Below are positions 8,795 to 14,769 of a stretch of DNA of 38,067 bases, piece after piece. Below the pieces are notes generated by a model, which searched no databases, was not told the DNA's origin, and saw only the letters and a program-made list of their open reading frames with translations. The position numbers and the translations under genes are program-made. Within the stretch, counting starts at the first letter, position 1; each line of letters opens with the position of its first letter. Source of the DNA: Desulfobacterales bacterium (GTDB lineage Bacteria; Desulfobacterota; DSM-4660; Desulfatiglandales; JALVZP01); the NCBI GenBank assembly GCA_027064285.1, contig JAMOPX010000174.1, positions 1 to 38,067 on the forward strand, in the 5' to 3' direction.

Positions 8795-11134
8795 TTACAT
8801 ACTCCTTTCTTCCGTACTTTCACTTATTGAAGATGGTGGACGACGCCATATTGGCAAGCTAACATTAATACTCTTGTCACTTTTTCTTGCTTCAAAAGCT
8901 GTTTTAGCTTTAAACTGGTTGAATGTTTGTTCTTCCTTTTTATAATGGACTCCCTTCTTCCTATATATTATTTCAGCCACTATTCCTCTCAAATTCTCTA
9001 AGCTTCCCTCTATTCCCTTTTTTATAAGATAAAGGAATCCTCTTACAGCACTTATAGACTTTGATTTTCTCTTCCAAAACTCAATCCATCTTTGACTATC
9101 TCCATATACAAATTTAACTAAATTTTCAAATTCTACTTTATTTTTTATAATAAATTGACATCCCAAATAAACTCCTTTTCTTTTCTTTAGTGATCTAACT
9201 ATTTCTATTTCAAATTTATATCCTTTACCCAAGTTGTCTTTCATAAGAATAACAAACTTTTGCCCTTTATTAAACAAAATTTCTTCATTTGATACAACCT
9301 CAAATCCTATACCACTTAAAGAAATGTCTCTTATTTCTCCTTTTATCCTTCTCTTATCATATATTATTTCTAAATCTCCTTTTGCCCATGCCCTGCTGAA
9401 GTGTCTAAGCTGCCTTCTTTCCCAAACAATTCCTAAGCATGCTAAGATAATAAAAAAATTAAACAAACTCCAAGCAGTACATATCATAATAACATCTCTA
9501 TAGATTGGATACATATGCCATTTTACTATAGCAACAGGAAAGGTAAGCAAAGTTATGATGCAAAGAATATAAAAAGGTTTACCTAAAGGATTTAAAAAAT
9601 CCTTTTTTAAATTCATCCCTTTTGGCGTAACACGAAATGAAGGCTTTTTTGGATTTAGAATCGTAGAAATTACAGCTGGAACTAAGAATATAGATTGTGC
9701 ACTTTCATATAGTTCAGAGAAAAATGGCCATCTTACATTTCCGTAAAAGGTATTTCCAACTATAAGACCTGCAAGTACATGAGGAACAGCATAAGCTACT
9801 ACTTGTGATACAGATGCATAGTATATATGAATGCCACCAATCAGATAAGCTGCTGGAGCTAAGAGAAATATCATTCTTGAAATTCCAAAAAACCAAAAAA
9901 GGCAACAATTCAAATAACAGATTTTTTGATATAATTTTAATCCTTTTATTAATAAAGGGTTTTTGATCATAAATATTTGGATCATTCCTTGTGTCCACCT
10001 TGTCCGTTGAGTTATAAGGGAATCATATGTTTCAGGGTTTAGCCCGCATACTACAGGAATACCAACATAAGCACTATTTAAACCTTTGGCATGAAGTGCT
10101 ATAGAGGTCTCTGCATCTTCTGTGATGGTTTCTCCTTTAAGCCCACCTATTTCCTCAAGATATTTTCTTTTCAATAAAGCAGCAGACCCACAGAAAAAGC
10201 TGGAATTCCAAAAATCTAAACCTAACTGTATAGCCTGATAAAACATCTGTTGCTCTGTAGGAGCATCACTGAAAGTTCTAAGATTTTTTTCTATAGGATC
10301 AGGATTTAGAAAAAAATGAGGAGTTTGAACAAGAAAAAGCTTCTTATCTTTTAAAAACCATCCTACTGTTTTTTTTAATATATCTCTTGTAGGAACATGA
10401 TCGCAATCTAATATTAATATAAGCTCGCCATCAGTTCTTTTAAAAGCATAATTTATGTTTCCTGCTTTTGCATGCTCATTTGTTTCTCTTGTAATATAAT
10501 TTACCCCTAAGGATTCTGCCATCTTTTTAAAACGATAATATCTTTTCCATGCCTCCTTAGATGTTTTTGGGTCATTCCTTTTCTGTAAAGTAGCTCCATC
10601 ATCTAAGAGATAGATCTTTAATTTATTTTTTGGATAATCAATTGCTTTGCATCCAATAAGAGTGATTTTTACTATTTCTTCTGGCTCATTTAAGGTAGGT
10701 ATAAAAATATCTATAGTAGGAAGTTTTTCAGGATCATCAGGAAGAGGTATAGGTTTTCTTCTAATGGGCCAAATGCTTATAAAAATTCCTGTAAGATAAA
10801 GGAAAATCCCGTGTGTTTCTGCTAAATAGAGCATTATTGTTCCTATATAATCAAGAGCTCCTGTATAAATAAGGGTATCTGTTGTTCTCCATATCCAGTA
10901 TCGAAGAGTAATAAATATGGCAAGAAAAAGAAAAAAAAGCCTTCCATATTTGTTTTTTAAAAAGGAAAGCCTAACTAACAATAAAAGAAAACATAGACAA
11001 ATACTGCTGATTAAAAATTGTTGATTTAAGGTAAAGGAAATACTACAAAGATAAATAAAAAATGTCGTCAGTATTAAAACAATAAAAGAGTTTATATCTA
11101 AAAGTTTATTATACCCATATTTTCTGCTGGCCAT
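8795..11134 (-). CDS. bcsA: Cellulose synthase catalytic subunit (UDP-forming), c-di-GMP-binding PilZ domain
   Basis: GT2 processive synthase motifs LDCDH, TEDAET and QRTRWTQG (QxxRW). Multiple TM helices. C-terminal PilZ signature RRQLR ... DISLSGIGF. Confidence 0.95.
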   Translation of the reverse strand: MASRKYGYNKLLDINSFIVLILTTFFIYLCSISFTLNQQFLISSICLCFLLLLVRLSFLKNKYGRLFFLFLAIFITLRYWIWRTTDTLIYTGALDYIGTIMLYLAETHGIFLYLTGIFISIWPIRRKPIPLPDDPEKLPTIDIFIPTLNEPEEIVKITLIGCKAIDYPKNKLKIYLLDDGATLQKRNDPKTSKEAWKRYYRFKKMAESLGVNYITRETNEHAKAGNINYAFKRTDGELILILDCDHVPTRDILKKTVGWFLKDKKLFLVQTPHFFLNPDPIEKNLRTFSDAPTEQQMFYQAIQLGLDFWNSSFFCGSAALLKRKYLEEIGGLKGETITEDAETSIALHAKGLNSAYVGIPVVCGLNPETYDSLITQRTRWTQGMIQIFMIKNPLLIKGLKLYQKICYLNCCLFWFFGISRMIFLLAPAAYLIGGIHIYYASVSQVVAYAVPHVLAGLIVGNTFYGNVRWPFFSELYESAQSIFLVPAVISTILNPKKPSFRVTPKGMNLKKDFLNPLGKPFYILCIITLLTFPVAIVKWHMYPIYRDVIMICTAWSLFNFFIILACLGIVWERRQLRHFSRAWAKGDLEIIYDKRRIKGEIRDISLSGIGFEVVSNEEILFNKGQKFVILMKDNLGKGYKFEIEIVRSLKKRKGVYLGCQFIIKNKVEFENLVKFVYGDSQRWIEFWKRKSKSISAVRGFLYLIKKGIEGSLENLRGIVAEIIYRKKGVHYKKEEQTFNQFKAKTAFEARKSDKSINVSLPIWRRPPSSISESTEERSM

Positions 11135-11261
11135 CCTTTAAAATCTCTAAGTTAAAAATTTATTCAAGTTGTAGAGAGAATTAGCTGATATTTTTTTTAT
11201 CGGACTTTTTAGAAAAATTTTCGGAATGAAAAAATGAGAAAGAGAGTGCTTATATTTAGCT

Positions 11262-11274
11262 CTCATCTGTAATC
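11262..11274 (-). repeat. 13-nt motif ctcatctgtaatc, the exact inverted partner of 11553-11565
   Basis: Exact reverse complement of gattacagatgag. It has the same orientation as the downstream bcsA gene. Confidence 0.6.
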
Positions 11275-11447
11275 AAAAAATATCACGAAATAATGGTAAA
11301 GCAAAAAATGGACAGGAAAGATGCAACCTTAACTAATAAAAAATCCAGAATAAGCAAAGATTAAGAAAATTAGCTGATTATCATCTACAAGTATCCAAAT
11401 ATAGGTTTAAGACCCAAAATTTCTGCTGTGAAGCTGTTTTTTGCCTA

Positions 11448-11534
11448 ATAACTGATCTTACGCAAAAGTTTTTATCTCACGAGGGAGAGATACCAGCGAA
11501 TTAAGACAGAAACTTTTTCGTAAGGTCAGTTAAT
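11448..11534 (-). mobile_element. 87-bp ends-only (internally deleted) member of the foldback element family, inverted relative to the full copies
   Basis: The left half (atcttacgcaaaagtttttatctcacgagggagagataccagcgaat) is the reverse complement of the right end of copy A (13688-13735). The right half (taagacagaaactttttcgtaaggtcag) is the reverse complement of the left end of copies A and B. The ~310-bp core is absent. Confidence 0.75.
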
Positions 11535-11552
11535 AAAAAAAAGCTTAGTTGT

Positions 11553-11565
11553 GATTACAGATGAG
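11553..11565 (+). repeat. 13-nt motif gattacagatgag, 3 nt upstream of the sHSP -35 box
   Basis: Exact inverted partner of 11262-11274. Twelve of its 13 nt recur at 13888-13900. Confidence 0.6.
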
Positions 11566-11568
11566 CCC

Positions 11569-11596
11569 TTGACTTCCTGCGTTAAGATATTATTTT
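11569..11596 (+). promoter_or_regulatory. Sigma-70-type promoter of the sHSP operon (TTGACT-N16-TATTTT)
   Basis: TTGACT at 11569-11574, a 16-nt spacer, TATTTT at 11591-11596. The AAGGAGGG RBS is at 11613-11620. The sHSP promoter at 29874-29901 has the same architecture. Confidence 0.55.
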
Positions 11597-11627
11597 TTTT
11601 AAAAAAAACAAAAAGGAGGGATAAAAA

Positions 11628-12083
11628 ATGAGATGGAGTGCATGGCCAATTAGCCTGAGAGGGGCATTTGAAGAATTAGAGCGTATGCGTCAACAAATGG
11701 ATAGGCTTTTTGAAGACTTGTCAGAAGGAATATTAAGAGAACCTACTTTTTCTGCAGGAGTGTTTCCCTTGGTGAATGTTTCAGAAGATAAAGATAACTA
11801 CTATGTAAGAGCAGAACTTCCAGGAGTAAAACCTGAAGACTTAGACATTTCTGCTACAGTTGATAGCTTGATTATTACTGGAGAAAGGAAGATATCTGAA
11901 GAGGAAAATGTAAATTTTCATAGAAGAGAAAGAGAAGCCGGAAAATTCAGTAGAGTTATTAGTCTTCCAGGACAAATAGATCCAGATAAAGTAGAGGCAA
12001 AGTGCAAAAATGGGATCTTAACTGTGATACTACCCAAGGCTGAAACAGCTAAGACACGACAGATTGCCATAAAAACAGAATAA
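11628..12083 (+). CDS. Small heat-shock protein, Hsp20/alpha-crystallin family
   Basis: Alpha-crystallin domain with the C-terminal motif GILTVILPK. Strong RBS. Confidence 0.9.
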   Translation: MRWSAWPISLRGAFEELERMRQQMDRLFEDLSEGILREPTFSAGVFPLVNVSEDKDNYYVRAELPGVKPEDLDISATVDSLIITGERKISEEENVNFHRREREAGKFSRVISLPGQIDPDKVEAKCKNGILTVILPKAETAKTRQIAIKTE

Positions 12084-12100
12084 AAAAGGAGGTATGGGCC

Positions 12101-12508
12101 ATGACAGACAAAACTAAGACCCTAAAACCAAAAGATAAAACTCAAGTAAGTACTTATGTAGAGCAGACAAAACCAGGAAAAGTGTTCATCCCTGATGTAG
12201 ACATATATGAAACTGAAAAAGAGATAGTAGTTCTTGCAGATATGCCAGGAGTTATACCAGAAAAGTTGAATATAAGTTTAAAAGATAATATACTCATTTT
12301 GGACGGAGAAGTGGAACCTCTGAAAGGAAAAGAAGAAAGAGAAATATTTAAGGAATTTGAAACAGGAAGGTATTTTAGACAATTCAGTTTATCTCAGGTA
12401 ATTGATCAATCTAAGATAGAAGCTGAATTAAAGGATGGAGTTTTGAAGTTAATACTGCCAAAGGTGGAAAAAGCTACACCTCGTAAGATAGATGTAAAGG
12501 TAGGGTAA
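12101..12508 (+). CDS. Small heat-shock protein, Hsp20/alpha-crystallin family (second paralogue)
   Basis: Alpha-crystallin domain with the motif GVLKLILPK. AAGGAGG RBS. Confidence 0.9.
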   Translation: MTDKTKTLKPKDKTQVSTYVEQTKPGKVFIPDVDIYETEKEIVVLADMPGVIPEKLNISLKDNILILDGEVEPLKGKEEREIFKEFETGRYFRQFSLSQVIDQSKIEAELKDGVLKLILPKVEKATPRKIDVKVG

Positions 12509-12509
12509 T

Positions 12510-12707
12510 ATGACTACTATAATGCCAGAAGGAGAAAAAATAAGAAAGGCTGTGAAGTGGATTTCAGCAGAGCGGCAGTCGGGAAATAAGGAGCCTTTAA
12601 CAGTGCTTATAGAAAAAGCCGCTCTGCTTTTTAATTTATCTCCTAAGGAAGAAGAATACTTAAGAATATTTTATGAGCAAGAAGGGGATAGGATTATCTT
12701 GAAGTGA
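12510..12707 (+). CDS. 65-aa hypothetical protein coupled to the sHSP genes
   Basis: The ATG lies 1 nt after the hsp20 stop (TAATATG). The composition is charged and non-repetitive. I recognise no family. Confidence 0.4.
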   Translation: MTTIMPEGEKIRKAVKWISAERQSGNKEPLTVLIEKAALLFNLSPKEEEYLRIFYEQEGDRIILK

Positions 12708-12795
12708 ACTACGTATGACTAAAGTCATAGGCTTGTGAGGGAGTCTGACAGGTTGTTCCTATCCTCTCATATTTCGAACAAGCTTAATCAAATCT

Positions 12796-13215
12796 CTAAA
12801 TAAGTAGACAGAAAAGTACAACAACGATGACAAAAATTGTTTCTATTTGACTTCCTGTTTTAAACAGCTTCAATGCAAGCCTTTTTGATACAAAAGGAAA
12901 AATTGGGATTCCTTTTATAGTCAGTGCATCTTCAGCAAGATGAAGAAACACACCTTCAAGGAGAAATTTTATATAAAGAAGAAAAACAGAATCTTTTTTT
13001 TGGACACATATCCACCAAATAAAATATAGTACACTCCAGAACCAAATGGCATGAGAAATCCCTCTATGTTTGAGGATGCGGATATTTTCGATTTTTTCAA
13101 TCCTATCAGGAAGAATAGAACCTAATCCTACAGCTGAAAGATAAAAGGGGTTTTTTACTCCAAGGAATCTATAGACAACTGTGCACGAGACTACTATATG
13201 TGATCTCCATATCAT
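12796..13215 (-). CDS. Membrane-bound metal-dependent hydrolase, YdjM/DUF457-like
   Basis: Small protein with about 4 TM helices and a His/Asp pattern (ILPDRIE, GISHAIWFW, HLAEDALT) typical of that family. Confidence 0.5.
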   Translation of the reverse strand: MIWRSHIVVSCTVVYRFLGVKNPFYLSAVGLGSILPDRIEKIENIRILKHRGISHAIWFWSVLYFIWWICVQKKDSVFLLYIKFLLEGVFLHLAEDALTIKGIPIFPFVSKRLALKLFKTGSQIETIFVIVVVLFCLLI

Positions 13216-13270
13216 AGCCGCAGCTCTTTAACACTTCAAACACAAACAGTCAAGCCAGTATGAGCCTGTT

Positions 13271-13291
13271 CAGCAATTCTCGGTGAGAAAC
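13271..13291 (+). repeat. 21-nt direct repeat cagcaattctcggtgagaaac (partner at 14275-14295)
   Basis: The two copies match at 20 of 21 positions. Confidence 0.7.
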
Positions 13292-13347
13292 AAATTATAC
13301 AAATACCAATTAGGCGTTCACTTTATAAATTTTTTCCATAACTTTCC

Positions 13348-13750
13348 ATAACTGATCTTATGCAAAAGTTTCTATCTTATCTATATATATAGTATAGGGG
13401 TAAGACTGGAAATAGATATAGGGGCAAAAGGGTTTTTCGGATGCGACTGTCGAAAGGGCGCTGTCTCTTCATGGCTTATCTGTGGGGGAAACCGCAGCCC
13501 GTCACTCAAGTTTCTCCAAAACAAGCATATTCCTTTACCAGACATCCAAGCCCATTCATTGATAAGCATATTTGATTAACAGCTGAGTGACGGGAATGCG
13601 GAGGGGGCAGGTATCCCCCACAGATAAGTCACAGAAGAGACCAGCCCGAGAGACTCGGAGCAGAAGAAAAACCCTTTTGCCCCTATACCGCATTCGCTGG
13701 TATCTCTCTCTCGTGAGATAAAAACTTTTGTTCCATAAGGAACTATCAGT
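13348..13750 (+). repeat. ~400-bp GC-rich foldback element, copy A (unclassified structured-RNA gene or MITE-like element)
   Basis: It has terminal inverted repeats and a long imperfect central hairpin. Perfect stems are 13417-13438/13666-13687 (22 bp), 13475-13489/13614-13628 (15 bp) and 13498-13508/13584-13594 (11 bp), with a 75-nt apical region. It is closely similar along its length to 36864-37260. Element boundaries are uncertain by tens of nt. Confidence 0.8.
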
Positions 13751-13887
13751 CAGCCATTTGTTTGTTGATGATAAAATTATATAGAAATTTCTTAAAGGGG
13801 GATTTTAAACCAATAGTGGTATAATTTTCTTTACTTATCATCGGTTCATCTCCTAGAATTTTTGTCCCTGTAGAGGGATAGTTTTTT

Positions 13888-13900
13888 AATTACAGATGAG
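13888..13900 (+). repeat. Third copy of the attacagatgag motif, 13 nt upstream of the tRNA-Lys -35 box
   Basis: aattacagatgag shares 12 nt exactly with 11554-11565. Confidence 0.55.
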
Positions 13901-13913
13901 GGTTGTTGAGCTC

Positions 13914-13942
13914 TTGACAATAAGAATTTATATTGATACTTT
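13914..13942 (+). promoter_or_regulatory. Candidate promoter for tRNA-Lys (TTGACA-N17-TACTTT)
   Basis: Perfect -35 at 13914-13919 and a moderate -10 at 13937-13942. The tRNA starts at 13965. Confidence 0.4.
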
Positions 13943-13964
13943 ATAAAATAAATGAGTTCATTAT

Positions 13965-14037
13965 GGGTGTGTAGCTCAGCTGGTAGAGCAGCGGACTCTT
14001 AATCCGTTGGTCGGGGGTTCGAATCCTCCCACGCCCA
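13965..14037 (+). tRNA. tRNA-Lys (anticodon CUU)
   Basis: I folded the cloverleaf by hand. Acceptor gggtgtg/cacgccc, anticodon stem gcgga/tccgt, loop ctCTTaa, T-arm gggggttcgaatcctcc. Confidence 0.95.
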
Positions 14038-14050
14038 TTGAAAAAGTTAA

Positions 14051-14101
14051 ATAAAATAAGCCACTTAGAGATAGTTTGTAAGTGGCTTATTTTATTTTTT
14101 T
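14051..14101 (+). terminator. Rho-independent terminator of tRNA-Lys
   Basis: Perfect 17-bp stem ataaaataagccactta / taagtggcttattttat, an 11-nt loop, then a T-run at 14096-14101. Confidence 0.85.
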
Positions 14102-14192
14102 ATCATGAAATTAGCCACCTATTAGTCACCTTTTTGCGAAAGACATTATAAGGAATGTCATAATAAGGCTTTTGGATCATGCTTCTGGGTTA

Positions 14193-14236
14193 TACCAATA
14201 CCAATTAGGAGTTCACTTTATAAATTTTCCATAACT
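14193..14236 (+). repeat. Solo left-end fragment of the foldback element family
   Basis: taccaataccaattaggagttcactttataaattttccataactgacctta matches the left flank and first ~13 nt of copy A (13303-13360), then diverges. Confidence 0.65.
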
Positions 14237-14274
14237 GACCTTACCTTAACTTCTTGAAAAGATATATAGTTTAC

Positions 14275-14295
14275 CAGCAATTCTCGGTCAGAAAC
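14275..14295 (+). repeat. 21-nt direct repeat cagcaattctcggtcagaaac (partner at 13271-13291)
   Basis: The two copies match at 20 of 21 positions. Confidence 0.7.
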
Positions 14296-14327
14296 TGGTC
14301 AACTTTGGTGATAGTTTACATAATTTC

Positions 14328-14355
14328 TTGACAAAATTTAGCCCCGTATTATAAA
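14328..14355 (+). promoter_or_regulatory. Sigma-70-type promoter of the cytochrome c-rnf operon (TTGACA-N16-TATAAA)
   Basis: TTGACA at 14328-14333 and TATAAA at 14350-14355, about 30 nt upstream of the first start codon. Confidence 0.55.
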
Positions 14356-14385
14356 AACCCTCAGATACGAGGAGAGGTAAAGGAT

Positions 14386-14757
14386 ATGGGGATGAAAAGA
14401 GGAAATGTAATTGCTTTAGTAATTATGGGTATTTGTATAATCATTGGAATTATAGGTTATGCGGCATTTCCTACTAAAAATCCTGAAAAGCCTATTAGGA
14501 TAATGCTCATGACTACGGCTGGAAATGTATTATTTGATCATAAGGCTCATTTTACTGACTATGGTGCTGAGTGTATGGATTGTCATCACGATATATCTGA
14601 TGATACTGAAAGGCCTGAAGCCTGTAGTAAATGCCATCTTCCCCAAGAAAGTGAAGAAGCACCCAAGAGAGCAGTAGCTTTTCATAAACAGTGCATAGGA
14701 TGTCATGAAGATCAAGGAATGGGACCTACAGACTGCTCTGGCTGTCATCTAAGATAG
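14386..14757 (+). CDS. Membrane-anchored tetrahaem cytochrome c (class III / c3-like)
   Basis: Four CxxCH motifs (CMDCH, CSKCH, CIGCH, CSGCH) after an N-terminal TM or signal anchor (VIALVIMGICIIIGIIGYAAF). It is the first gene of the rnf operon. Confidence 0.85.
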   Translation: MGMKRGNVIALVIMGICIIIGIIGYAAFPTKNPEKPIRIMLMTTAGNVLFDHKAHFTDYGAECMDCHHDISDDTERPEACSKCHLPQESEEAPKRAVAFHKQCIGCHEDQGMGPTDCSGCHLR

Positions 14758-14769
14758 AGGGGGAAAAAT

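Noticed and set aside
9234-9998. ORFs 9234-9503 (+) and 9714-9998 (-) inside bcsA. Similar internal or antisense ORFs occur in rnfD (16027-16320, 16096-16347), rnfB, mfd, EF-G, cstA and plsB.
   Set aside because: They are fully nested in well-supported long genes, in alternative frames or on the opposite strand. They have no RBS and a biased composition.
11135-11447. A c-di-GMP riboswitch or other leader element upstream of bcsA.
   Set aside because: Reading the - strand, I found no GEMM-I or GEMM-II core sequences or paired-hairpin architecture. The region is AT-rich and unstructured apart from the repeat motifs reported separately.
11500-11627. An HrcA/CIRCE operator or RNA thermometer at the sHSP promoters (also 29838-29913).
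   Set aside because: There is no TTAGCACTC-N9-GAGTGCTAA inverted repeat. The leaders are only ~25-30 nt and A/U-rich, with no hairpin able to occlude the RBS.
12708-12795. A possible bidirectional terminator between the 65-aa ORF and the ydjM-like gene (tatgact-aa-agtcata, and gaggga...tcctctc).
   Set aside because: The stems are short or imperfect and no U-run follows on either strand. This is too weak to call.
13381-13569. 62-aa ORF (- strand) inside foldback copy A. Related ORFs lie inside copy B (36874-37059 on the - strand, 36901-37089 on the + strand).
   Set aside because: The two copies are conserved at the nucleotide level, but indels shift the reading frame (PPQISHEETAPFRQSHPKNPF versus PPQISQRRDSALPTVAFEKPP). 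There is no RBS, and the ORFs run along a hairpin arm. These are structure or repeat sequence, not coding.
13348-13750. The foldback elements as autonomous IS elements, retrons, group II introns or IS200/IS605 (TnpB/IscB) omega-RNA loci.
   Set aside because: No transposase, reverse transcriptase or TnpB/IscB ORF lies inside or next to any copy. The elements have classical terminal inverted repeats, unlike IS200/IS605. I found no intron domain V/VI-like motif. A non-autonomous relationship to such an element elsewhere in the genome cannot be excluded.
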